DNA from: Schizochytrium sp. TIO01
Taxonomy: Eukaryota > Protista > Bigyra: Labyrinthulomycetes
Reading direction: 5' to 3'
DNA: 64,000 nucleotides
NCBI GenBank assembly: GCA_004764695.1
Contig: SMSO01000032.1
Coordinates: 8,464,483 to 8,528,482 of the forward strand
Below are positions 37,756-50,600 of this stretch, in pieces. Positions within the stretch are counted from its first letter, which is position 1. Every line of letters starts with the position of its first letter. A program made the translations under genes and the position numbers. The notes under the pieces are model-generated. The model was not told the origin of the DNA, did not search any database, and saw nothing but the letters and a program-made list of their open reading frames with translations.

Positions 37756-40700
37756 TTACAGTCTAAATCCTGGGTCAACGATGTCTGGTGTTAGCAGAGG
37801 CTCAAGCTGCCGTCCGAGAGCATGTCGAAGATTTCTGTCTTGAATATTTTCATTCCAATATTCACGCAGACGCTCCGCGCGCAATATTCTCCAACCTTGA
37901 CGAACCTGCTCAAATGAATCAGCGAAATATGCATTACGCGTAAGTTTCCTTGGGCAGTTCCTCACATGATCATGGCAAGCACGGTTGCTCTCAGAACTAT
38001 ACTCAAGACACCAAGCGCAAAAGTGATGCCCGCATGTATCACTGCCGCATTTTACAGCACAGCATGCATCAAATTGGTCGAAACAAGAATGACAATTTGG
38101 ACAACACGTGTTCAAGACATTCTCTTGAATATGTAGTAAGTGTCTCCGCACGTCACGGGTCAGCCCGTCTACCTGCAAAGCTTCTGCTATGCGTCTTTGA
38201 ATCTCTTGCTCGGCCCGAGCCGATGCTTCACTTTCTGCTCTTGTCTTTGCTATCAGCAAAAGATGATTCAAAGCCCTCGGTGCAAGGCGAGTCATCTCTT
38301 GACCCGTGAATCCTCCATCACAACCAGGCTCAACGCACGACATGGTCCCATCATTAGCGATAGTCACAGAAGCTTGTGGCTGCGCAGCAGCTTCTACTGA
38401 TCTTGCGATGCAGTCTCGGCAAATGAAGTGTCCTCTCTCACAGCTTGTGCCGTCGGAAAGAGGATGTTCCTCCATACATACGAGGCAACCTTCTACAGGA
38501 GCGTCAGGAATGCCAAATGCATCATGCTGGAGTACTTCACGAGCGCTTAGACGTTGACCAGGGTCTGTTGCTTTCAGAGTTGCAATGAGCTCCTGCATTG
38601 CAGTGGTCCGCTCAGTGGGATACAGGTCTTCTAAGACTACACCAACAGAGTACATGTCCACGGTTGTTTCAAACTTATCTACGGGCCCATTCTTCAACTC
38701 AGGTGCAATGTACCGTGGTGTTGCTTGAAGTGACGTGTAAGTTGCAGTACAATCTGCAACTTTAATGCCGTCAAAGTCGCCTATCAATGGGGTTCCGTTG
38801 CTCGTAAGAAATATGTTATCTGGTTTGATATCACAGTGCACAATACCGTGAGTATGCAAATCTGCTACACCAATAAGTAAGCCCATGGCGAGTCGGTCAC
38901 GCACAGCTTTGTCTCCGCGAGGATGATTCTCAATCCATTGGGCCAAGTTGCCTTGTTCATAGAAAGGCATCACGATACAGCCGCGTGGTACTCCATGCGT
39001 CAGGTCCACAAAAGCACCGATAATTCGAATCACATGTTGGGAAGTCACCTTGCCTAGGTTCACAACCTGTTTGTAGAACATCTTGGATAGACTTGGGTGT
39101 CCAAGTTGAAATTGTTTGAGAACCAAGGTCTTGCCATTTCCGTCAAGAACCTTTTGCACTGTCTTGCCGCCTCTAGAGGCCAGGAGGTCTCCAACATACT
39201 GAAAGTCTGGGGCCTGTACATTCGCTAGCCAGAGGTCCGAGCAAGCCACTTCAAAGAGGCCCTCGGCACTTATATGAAGCCTTTCTAGCCATGTTTTGTC
39301 TTGTAGCAGCTCTGGGTAATGCTCCTGCGCGTGTTGCAGAGTTCGAGCAAGCTTATGACGAAAAACTTTACTAAGCTCGATAGGGCTACCCTGAGAGAGA
39401 ATTCGCTTTTGTTTCTCGATTCTACTCCTGTAATGCACCCGTTCTTCGTCTTCCAAGTCCTCAGCCTCAAGATCTTGTTTGGCTCTCTTCAAACTTTCTG
39501 TTGCTTTTCGTGACTTGCAAAGTCTCTCATATAGCGCCTCAACATCTGAGATATTTGGCTCTTTGGAACCTAGTAATGCGTAATCATATATCTCGGATAG
39601 ATATTCCGGTGAAAGCCTACTCGCGTTACGTAACGCGGCTCGTTCGGCGTGGCCATCCAACCGATAGAATGCCAAGCTGATCGCTGTGAGGATTTCAGAT
39701 ATTTCGGCACTTAGAGTATCTCCTCGAAGAGCTTCAAGTTCTTCTTGAAGAGCACTCTCAAGTTCCAACAGCTCAGGTTCCAGCTTCAGAGCCTTTTCAG
39801 GTTGCCTGAGAATAACCCATGATAGATCGCCTAGGTTCAACTCATTTGCTCGAGACATGACACTTTCAACAGCACATTGGCTTCTGTCACCAATGTTGTT
39901 GGGCCGAGCTTCTCCATTCATCTTGTACTTTTCAATACACGTTGTAGCTTGAGAAGCGAGTTGTTGGCAGTGTATGAGATCGTCTACGCGTGCCTGTTGA
40001 ACTACTGAAAGATTGCTTAGATTCAGTGTCTGTAGCAAACTTGTAAGTTTCACTTTATATTCGTGGGCTACGTAGGCATCACTTTGGTAGTGATTTGGGT
40101 GGACCCATGTGTACACATCTTGCACGAGTGATCGTAGGCGATCTCTTTCGTCGTTCCTCTTTTCGATGAGACTTAGGACACCATGACGAGGGTCTTTGCG
40201 AATCTGATCTTGAAAGGCATCTAGATTCTGTTTGGACTTCTTGACGTCATCGAAGAGCTTTCGCAATTTCACATGACCAAAATAGCTCTGGATTACTGGT
40301 CCTACAAATTCTTCAAGCAAGGTAATGCCAGTCTGCAGGGAGTCTCCTCTCGCCCCACCTCTGTCTGCGCGCGAGGCTGAGACTTCCTGGGCAAGTTGCA
40401 CCACTTTAGTGAAACCCACGCTGGTATGACTCGGCCGTCCTCTGAAGTATTTTGGGTTCAGGGGGTGAGTAAAAGCACCGGCAGCAGGAAAAGCAACAGC
40501 AGAAAAAACAACAGCAAAGGATGAGCTAGTTAGAATCCCATCTATTTCAAAACAAAAACAACAGCAACTCGTGGGATGAATTATCATTAGAAGAACACCG
40601 AACCAAAGAATGCATGAACTTACCTATACTCTTCCGAGGCGTACGCTTCCGTAGCATATTTGACGGTTTCGACTTCATCTTGCTCCCCTGAGAGAAGCAC

Positions 40701-43639
40701 CGCCTTTGCAAACGATGCTTTCAGGATCAAGGTTGAGAGAAAGTGTATCAAACGAGCGAGTGAAAGGGCTATGGCACTCGTTAGAGCAACGCTGAGTACA
40801 TTCAAAGACAACCTCGGAAGTGCATCATTCTTGGGCTTTGCAAGAGGCTCACATGTCGGGTCTCTTGAGATAGAAGAGTTGTTATCTGAGAAATACATGT
40901 CCTCTATAAAAAAATAGATTCTAGCGAACAGTTCTTCCGGGGTGAAAAGCCAGAAAGAATACTGCGACGGCAGTAACCAAACTTTATCATAGAATTTGCA
41001 CACGAAAATCATTGAAAGAATCGAAGCACATATCAGGGCAAGGATAAGCGCATTCGAACAGAGCTTCGAAGGTGCACGAATCTTGGGTTTTGCAGAATAC
41101 TCAACCACCGTACTGCAAGAAAGCGTTGGAGGTTCATGGATCTTAGGCTTTGCAGGAGGCTCGACTGCTGTGTCGCTCGCGACACAAGAATCGGCATCTG
41201 AGACATCAATGTCATCTTCGGGAGAGCAAACCCTAGAGAACAGCTCTTTGGGCAAGTAAACTTGATGAGAATAGCGTGACGGCGACCACCAAAAATCATC
41301 ATAGAAACTGTATTATATGAGAATAAATGAAAAATCAGAGAACTTGTTAGAAGAACGATAAATGCATTCGAATACAGCCTCACAAGTCCATTGAGGCACA
41401 TAAAACCAACGAAAGAAATGCTCGGGAGCGGCAAACAGCAGGTAGAGGAAACCAAACTTACTCGATGCGAACAGAAGAACATGCTTTATGCAGAGACTTG
41501 GCGATAGCCTTGTACCCCTCCTTTCCAATGTTGCTGTGAGAAAGACTGTGAACATTCCACTCATCTCCAGAGGCAATCCAAATCAGTTAGCATTTCGTTC
41601 GAGCATAGTTGACCCCCCCTCTTCTGATAATCGCAGACGACTTCGTCTGCGTTCCTTCCCCTAATTAACCACTCCTAATTAGCGCAATTTCATTAACGGA
41701 ACAAGTAAATAGTCGAGTTCTTTCCCCGTCCATCTTCATCTTCTCTTTCTTTCTTCTTGAACCACGACACGTTTTTGTACGCCTTTGATTTTATTCATCA
41801 AAAAGAAAGTTGTTATCCAGGGCAGAAATTAATTTCATGGGTTCGAAAAACGTACAATATATCTTTCAGATTGCTGCATCCCTCCAGAGCCTTTGCAACC
41901 GCCTTGATGCCCTCTGTGCCAATGTTGTTCTCTCGTAAACTGGGAGTATATTTTTGTTACCAAGAATCCAAACCAGTCAGTCAGACAATCTTTAATCCCT
42001 CGTCTTTTATTTTCTTTGTCTATTAGTTTTGAAAGTTCCAGAACCCGCTTTTTGCCGTTGCTAAGCAATTCTCATCATCATTCTCATCATCATTCTGGTC
42101 GCAATAGATTATTTAAATAAAAATCGACTTGTCCTGCTTTCAGCATGTTCTTTCTTTCAAAACGTACCACAGTGTTGTCAGGTTTGGGCAACCCTTCAGA
42201 GTTTTTGCCACGGCTTTGACGCCCTCATCACCAATTTTGTTGTTGTGTAGGCTGCGAGTGATTACTTGTTGCCCAGGCAGTTCAGTTAGTCCGCTTGTCA
42301 ATTAATTATTTTTCAAAGTAATCACAGAACCTTTCTTCAGCTTTAGCTGTCGCTCTGCTGGTTTTTATTTGCCCCCCTCACCTTCTTTTCTTTTTTTAAA
42401 GAAACTACAGATTTTTACGTAGTGAGGTTTCATCCTATGTTTTCATCGAACGAAAGAAACGAGGAAATGCATGCAGATTTTGTGGATCAAATAATACGTA
42501 CTTCAAGTTTGTCAGGTTCCTGCATCCCTCGAGTGTCTTTGCGAGAGCCTTAGCGCCATCAGTGCCAACATTATTATCTTTAAGACTGTTGGTGTTTCGC
42601 GTGTTTTCCAGACAAGTAAAGTCAGTCATTCGCTTGGGTGCTGTCAGTCCACGCTCCTTTTCGACAATCACAGCACTGGCTCTGCACTTCTTTTGCACAT
42701 TGTCCTTCACATTGAACACGAGTTCCTTTTCCTCTCTTTCTTTCTTTCTCTCCAAATTCTTTCGTTCAAAACTACTGCGTAAGGCCTTCCTGCAGATTAT
42801 TAAAAAACGTACTACATTGTTGTCAGGCTCTTGCACCCCTCCAGTGCCTTTGCGATGGCCGTGATGCCTTCATCGCCGATCTTGTTTCCAGAAAGACTGC
42901 AAATGTTTCGTTCATTGTCCAGACAATTGAAGTCAGTTACTCCCTGAGGTCACGTCCATGAATCCTATTCGAGGATTCGCTCTCCTTATACTCTTTCTTC
43001 TTCCTTTCTGTAGGAAATAAAAAATATCGGATTCGAGGTGACGTACTACAATTGTGTTAGGTCCTTGCATCCCTCTAGTGCCTTTGCGAGGGTATTCGCA
43101 CCCTCGTCGCCAATATTGTTTCCAGAAAGACTGTGGTCATGTTATTCGTTGTTTTAAAACAATCCAAGTTAATCAGCTTTCAATGAATTCTTCTAAAAGC
43201 AATCACATAACTGTTCCTGGCCTTGCGAGTGCCCTGTGTTCTCATCATGATTCTGATCGCTATGCTGTTGTCTCTTGTTTTTTTCATTTTCATTTTCTTT
43301 TTTCATTTTTAAATAATAAAAAAATTAACTGAAAAAAGATTTTGTTGTTGGTGTGTTTTTATGAAACAGCAAAAAGGAAACTGAATACTTCTGTGGATTC
43401 AAAACGTACCATAATAGTGTCAGGTCCTTGCATCGTTTCAGTGCCTTTGCAACAGCCTTAATACCCTCATCGTCGATGTTCTTATTGCGAAGACTATGTT
43501 TGTTGATTAAAAAAGGTAGTAAGTATATCACTGACTAGTTGAATAAGTGCCAATACAAAACAAGTCTACAAAGCTAATAAAGCGTCGATAACCCAAGCTT
43601 ACTCCTCTCGCGATTGCGAACCTACATTATCTCCCCCAT
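37756..43639 (-). CDS. Gene C: LRR x7 - triplicated linker with two hydrophobic segments - helical region - non-RD kinase - RING1/RING2, about 1323 aa from the in-frame ATG at 43639
   Basis: Exons: 43626..43639 (the ancestral start position 43678 reads AGG), 43410..43493, 43047..43130, 42813..42896, 42502..42585, 42168..42251, 41856..41939, 41462..41545, 40624..41307, 37756..40441. All introns are GT-AG and phase 2, and the frame is open. HCDIKPDN, DFD and APE motifs plus the zinc module as in gene A. Confidence 0.8.
41462..43493 (-). repeat. LRR exon array of gene C (7 x 84 nt)
   Basis: Seven 84-nt exons, mostly with GTACGT donors. Confidence 0.92.
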
Positions 43640-44672
43640 ATTCTTGTTGATCTCGTTTAAGGTCTGCAGCCCCGTCCTTGTCTTGCAAAATCTATCACCT
43701 TGGATGGAGCGAAACGTAGGTTTGATCGATCAACCACGCTGTCTGTCTTTCCTTTGCTTTACTTTACTTTGCTTTCGCTCTCAAGAGCAGTTTGCTGCTG
43801 ATCAGGTTTGACAACCCCTGGCCCGCACTGAAGGCGAAACACGCAAGCACTCGTCCGTGCCTCTGCAGGCCAAGCTCACCCGCAAGTAACGTAGTGGTGT
43901 AGCAATCAAGAGGTTGGGTGTTTCTGAGTTATGTGCACTCGCTAACTTGTGTTGAGGATTTGCAGTGATGGCTTTATAGCTACTTTCAATGATTTAAGGT
44001 ACTTCGTTTAAGGTCCACTCAGTCAATTTATCTTGAGAGCGCAACATGTGCAAACTGAAATCTACTATCAATAATTGGTACTCTCGAAGAGAGTCAAGAA
44101 GAAGTGTTATCTCCGTCATTCTGTCCAGGCCGTGTTGGGAATTTGTTAGATAATGTATCTTATCATTGCCTTCAACAAAGAAGTAACGCGCGAAAGGTTT
44201 GGCGTCGCATGGTCATCTGGAGAGTGTAAATCGGGCTCGCGGGCCTAGAATTAGCTAGTCCCGCTGATGGTATAATGGAGATGTGAGCGGTGGTTTGATC
44301 TTGAAAAGTCTTGAGACAGAGAGTTTTCTTTAAAAAGAATAGAGAAAGAATGCAGGTTCCCGCATTCAGGATTCTAGAGATAGAACATGTTGAAAGACAC
44401 TCGCGCTTTGGCTTTGAAGCAAGGGAAACACAGATGCACATTCAGGGATACCACGCCTACAAAAGAATTATCGAAAACTTGAAGTCTTCTTCCGAGATAG
44501 CAAACAAGAAAGATAGAAGCGCAGGAAAACATGGATCACGAGATGCGGCTATGCTAAGATCCGCAGTCGTCAAGACTGCTTTGAAAACAACAAGTAAAAG
44601 CCTACTTTCTCGTAAGTCATTGTCAGCAACATATTTTGAGAATTTCAATTATTCGAAATCTGTTCGATTAGT

Positions 44673-47600
44673 TTATTCCAATCTAAAATTTGCGCCAACA
44701 ATATCTGGTGTTAGCAAAGGTGACAGTAACTCTTTCAGAACGAGTCGAAGATTGCTATCCTGAATTTTTGAATTCCAGTACTCACGCAGACGTTCTGCGC
44801 GTAGCAGCCGCCAAGCCTCACGAACCTGCTCGAATGAATCAGCGAAATGTAGATCTTGCCCAAGTCTTCTTGAACAGGTTCTCACATGAGCATGACAAGC
44901 ATCTGCATCCTGAGAACTATAGCCAAGACACCAAGCGCAGAAGTGATGACCACAAGCACGATTAATACACTCTACAGCACAGCACTCATCAAAATCGCCC
45001 ACATAAGCGTTACAATTCGGGCAACATGTGCTCAAGATCTTCTCTTGAATATGTAGTAAATGATGCTTTGCGTCACTGTTCTGTTCACCTGCACGTAGAA
45101 CTCCTGCTATGCGCCTTTGGATCTCTTTCTCCGCCCAAACTGCTGCTTCATTTTCTGCCTTCATCTTCGCAATCAACAAAAGATGATTCAAAGCAGTTGG
45201 TGCAAGACGGGTGATTTCTTGACCTGATATCCTTCCACTACATTCAGGTTTCATGCATGCCATCGTTCCATCAGCATCCACTCTGACGTTAGCAAGTGGC
45301 CCTGCCGCCTCTTCTATTGAAGATTCGATACAGTCTCTGCAAAGGAAGTCTCCCTCCTCGCAGCTCGTGCCCTCGGAAAGCAGATGCTCCTCCATACATA
45401 CTAGACATTCCTTGAGAGGGATTTTAGGAGGTCCAAAAGCTTCATGTTGGAGTGCTTGGCGAGCGGTTGGACGCTGGCCAGGGTCTGTTGCTGTAAGAGC
45501 ATCGATAAGTTTCTGCATTGCAGCGGTTCGCTCAGTAGGATACAGCTCCTTTAAGCTGATGCCCACAGAGTACATGTCCATCGCTGTTTCAAACCTATCT
45601 ACAGGCCCATTCTGCAACTCGGGGGCAACGTACCGTGGCGTTGCCTGAAGTGATGTGTAAGTTGCCGTGTAGTCTGCATTCTTGATGCCGTCAAAGTCGC
45701 CGATCAATGGTGTCCCGTTGCTTGTAAGGAAAATGTTTTCTGGTTTGATGTCACAATGCACAATGCCGTGGGTATGTAAATCCGCCACGCCGATGAGTAG
45801 GCCCACAGCAAGTCGGTCGCGCGCTGCTTTGCCTTCGTTAGGATGAGACTCAATCCACTTGGCAAGGTCACCTTGCTCGTAGAAAGGCATGACAATACAG
45901 CCACGCGGTGCTCCATGAGTCATGTCCACAAAAGCACCAGTGATACGGATCACGTGCTGAGAAACCACTTTGCCCAGATTGGCAACTTGTTTGTAGAAGG
46001 TTTTAGATTGACTTAGATGTTCAAGCTGAAACTGCTTGAGAACTAGAGTTCTGCCATCTCCATCAAGAACCTTCTGGACAGTCTTACCTCCTCTGGAAGC
46101 TAGGAGATCTCCAACAGGCTTGAAGTCTGAAATCTCGACGTTTGCCAGCCAAAGATCAGAACAAGCTACTTCAAAAACACCTTCTGTACTTACATGAAGC
46201 CTTTCCAGCCAGGCTCTATCTTGCAGCAACTCTGGATAATGTTCCTGCGCGTGTTGCAGAGTCTCAGCAAGCTTATGACAAAAAGCTTTGCTAAGCTCGA
46301 TAGGGTTGCCTTGAGAGAGAATGAGCTCTTGTTTCTTGATACGATTTCTAAAATATGCTCGATCTTCCTCATCAAAGTCCTCAGCGTCGACAGCTTCTCT
46401 AGCTCTTCTTAAGCTTTCTGTGGCTTTCCTCGACTTGTCAAGTTTCTGGTATAATGCTTCCACATCTGAGACAGAAGGTTCTTTCAAATCCAGTACTGCA
46501 TAGTCATATAGTTCGAAGAGCTCTTTTGGTATGCACTTGCTCGCGTCATTCAACGCAGAACTTTCAGAGTATCCTTCAAATCGAGCAAATGTTGAACTTA
46601 TCGCGCAAAGTATTTTGCACAATTGGGCACGAAGTGTATCTCCTTGTAGAGCTTCAATCTCTTCCTTGAGAGCACTCTCAAGTTCAGACAACTCGGGTTC
46701 TAGCTCCATGGCCTGGTCGGGTGTTCTCAGAGCAACCGATAATCCATCACCAAGTTCTAGCTCAGACAATCGAGAGACGACGCGTTTTACAGCCTGTTGG
46801 CTTCGTTCACCAATGTTGTTGAGGAGTTGGCCTTCTCCACTCCTTTTATACCCTTCCACGCATTGAACAGCCTGAACAACGAGTTCTTGGCAGTGTTTGA
46901 AGTCATCTGTGCTGGTATCTTCATCGACTGGTGCAAGGTTGATCTTTAGATCTTGTACCAAACTTTCAACTCTCACTTTGAATTCTCGCACTGCACTCTC
47001 ATCACTTTCGCAAAGGTTAGCGCGAACCCATGGGTACACGACCTGCAAAAGTGAATGCAGGTGCCTCCGCTCGGTGTTCCGTTTTTCGATGAGGCTGGGC
47101 AAGACATCTGCAGAGCTTGCACGAATCTGGCTTTGTAGCTTGTCCAGACCCTCTTTGGAGTTCTTGATGTCAGCGGAAACCTGTCGCAACTTCACTTGGC
47201 CAAAGTAGCCCTGGATCGTCGGTCGAACGAATTCCTCAAGCAGGGCAATCCCAGCCTGCAGGGAGTTTCCTCTGACCCCGCCTCGGTCCGCGCGCAAGTC
47301 CGAGACTTTCTTGGCAAGCTGCACCACATCAGCGAAACTCACGCTCGCTCCATCCAGCCGTTGTCTAAGGCGAACAAGACAGAAGAAGCAGCAACAGAGG
47401 CAGAAGCAAAAGTTAGAATTCCCAATATCTCAACAACACAATTCGTGGAATGAATGCTCGCGGTCCCAAACATAGAAGTCGCATGAACTTACTGAGATCT
47501 ATCTAAACCGCGAGGCTCCGTAGCAAGCCCGGCGCCAGCGACGCCATCTTGCACGCTCTTGGACTCTAAAAGAGGCTTGCATTTTGCTGCCTCTATATAG

Positions 47601-50600
47601 GTACAGGAATCGCTGTCTAATGAGGAATCGGCAATGTCCTCCGCTGGAGAACACACCCTTTCGAACAATCGTTTAGGCGTCAAAGGTCTCCAACCGTAGA
47701 TACTGCGTTTCGGAAACGAATGAATAACGCGAATGAAAGAGAATAAAAGCGCGTGTTAGAAAAACGATGAACACATTCAAAGACGACCTCGCAAGTCCAT
47801 GGAGACACAGAGAGAACCATAGAAGGCAAAGCTCTGAGCAGAGGGAACGGAACTTACTAGATTTTAACAGAAGGACATGCTTTGTGCAGAGACTTTGCGA
47901 CGGCCTTTGCGCCCTCTGAGCCAATATTGTTGCCCAAAAGACTGTGAGTATAAATAAACAATGAGCTCAGAGAGACAGCTCCGTCAGTGATTCGATTCAT
48001 CCTCTTTATTTATTTTTCAAAACGCCTAGTAAAAAAGTAATCACCTCTTCTTTTCTGCCTTCGCGTTTTATGAAGACACCACAGTAGATTTCCCCTTTCC
48101 CTCCCTTCTTCTCTTTTAATTTTAAAAAAGCAGGTAAAGAGTTGTTTTCCTTTCTAAACTACTCAACTACTTAGGTAGTACTAGCAGTGTTTTCATCTTG
48201 ATTCCTTGCCCCCCCTTTCCAAAAACAAAAAATGAAAGAAGGAAAGAAGGAAAGAAGGAAGGAATGAAAGAAAGAAACAGATAAACCATAGTAGGTTGGT
48301 ATTACCTGTTATGAGGCTACCTACATATAGCTTTCTGTGCAAACTTACTTCAATTCTGTCAGGTTCTTGCATCCCTCGAGTGCCTTTGCGAGTGCCTTCG
48401 CACCCTCATCGCCAATGTTGTTCTGATCAAGACTGTGAGTGAAAATAAGTCCATCCGTTTCGAGTGAGTCAGTCGATTCTCTTCTTCATCAAAGCAATCG
48501 CATAAGTCTTCCTATGGCCCAATTTGCGAATTGATTGGGCTTCGTTATTCTGATCGCATTCTTCTTTGCGTTACGAAAAATATATTTTGAAAACCTCGAA
48601 ACTTGAGATCATTTTTTCTCCTCAAGGCTTTCTTCTTTCAAGCTCTTATTTTCTCCCCTACCCACTGCCATAACAAAGCTTCTGCTTCTATTCGAATACA
48701 TAAACAAACAAACAGAAGAACTCTTGTGTACTATTACACTACTCTCCCCAAACTTACTTCAATTCTGTCAGGTTCTTGCATCCCTCGAGTGCCTTTGCGA
48801 GTGCCTTCGCACCCTCATCGCCAATGTTGTTCTGATCAAGACTGTGAGTGAAAATAAGTCCATCGAGTTCGAGTGAGTCAATCATTCGTCTTCTTCATTA
48901 CAACAATCGCAGAAGCTTTCTTCGGGTTCTATTTGCAAATTAATTGGCCCTTGTTACTCTGATTGCATTTTGGTTTGTTTTTACAAAAAGAAAGAAAAAG
49001 AAGAACTCCCGACTCTTCACAAACTTACCTCAATATTGTCAGGTTCTCGCATTCCTCCAGTGCCTTTGCGACCGCCTTGACACCCTCATGGCTAATGTTG
49101 TTCTGGTTAAGGCTGCGAGTATAAATAAGTCCATCGATTTCAAGTGAGTCAGTCGATCCTCATTTTATATACAACAATTATGGAACTCTTCTTGTTCCGG
49201 TTCAATTTACAAATCTATTAGCCGTGGTTATTCTGATATCGCATTTCTATTTACCAAAAAATTATTTTGAAAACCTAAAAACTTGAGATCATTCTTTTTA
49301 AAGGCTCTCTTTCCTTCCTTCTCGCGCTCAATCTTTTTTTTTTCTTTACCAGTATTTATTTTATAACTCTCGTGTACTACTCTACTCTCCAGAAACTTAC
49401 CTCAGTGTTTTAAAGTTCTTGCATATCTCCAGTGCCTTTGCGTCTGCCTTGGCACCCTCATCGCCAATGTCGTTCCGATCAAGACTGAGAATATAAATCA
49501 GTTCATCCATTTCAAATCAGTCAGTCGATCCTCTTCTTCATTACAACAATCACTGAGTTTCCGTCTGACCCTATTTGCAAAACAATTGGCCTTTTTTACT
49601 CTGATCGCCTTTGCGAAGAGAATGAAAAAGAAGTACTAGCACTCTTTTAAACTTACCTCAATTCTGTCAGAAATCGTACGCTAACACCACAAGCATCCTC
49701 TAGACTTTGAGTAGAATCAGTTTCCTCACGCCTTTGAGAAAGTCCAGCAGTGCGCGAAATATTTTCCTTGGTGATTGCGCGCTTTCTCGAACTTATCAGC
49801 AATACCAGAATGGGTTTCAAAATTTGAAGAAAAGCGCCAAGCAAACTTGGCCTCAACGATACTATAAAATTGAAGATAAATCTTAGAGAATCTGTCCGAG
49901 GTTTAGAGAAAGCTCGGGTCTCACTGCTTTCGGTGTTCTCCCCTTGGCCTGACCTTCTGCGCTTGCCTGCGCCTTCACTACTCGAAGACGTACTTGAATC
50001 TCCCTGATTGTTGGCTAGCACTTTGCCGACCAGGTTTTTTAAGGTTCCGCAAGTATTTTCGTCCAAATTGTCTGGGCATAACAAAGCCGCGCACCACTGG
50101 TTGAATTTCTTGAGTTTTTCTCCATCAAAGTCTTCATGATAGAAGATCTTTGCAATATCTACCATCCCACTAGTGTAGTTATCTCGCAGCATTCTTACGC
50201 ATAAATAGGCCTTGAAGAGAAAAGAATCGTCTAGATCTAGGGGTAATCTGAAAGTGTCACGAGAATCAGATGGATTTTCTTGGTTTTTTTTTTTAAGATA
50301 TTGTTGGACTTTCTGTACAATGTCTTTTTTTTTCTGCACCTGATCGATCAATCGATAGAAAACTTCGAAAGCAGGTGGTTCACCTCGGGTCATTTCGCCG
50401 GAATTTTTAGGAATGCCTCCAAATTGAATCCAGCGAGAGATCTCACCGTGCCTGTATTCTGTGGACAATCCCAAAAGCTTATCTAAGTGTCTAAGAACAT
50501 CTTTTTGAAAATAATTAAGCACCTTCTTCTTCTTCTTCTTCTTCCCCCCATTATTATCATTCTTCTTCTTCCCCCCATTATTATCATTTTTTTTTTTTTC

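Noticed and set aside
37756-40587. 943-aa ORF with a hydrophobic, signal-like N-terminus (MIIHPTSCCCFCF...)
   Set aside because: The first 48 or so codons are intron sequence. A CAG acceptor at 40442-40444 matches the acceptors in genes A and D.
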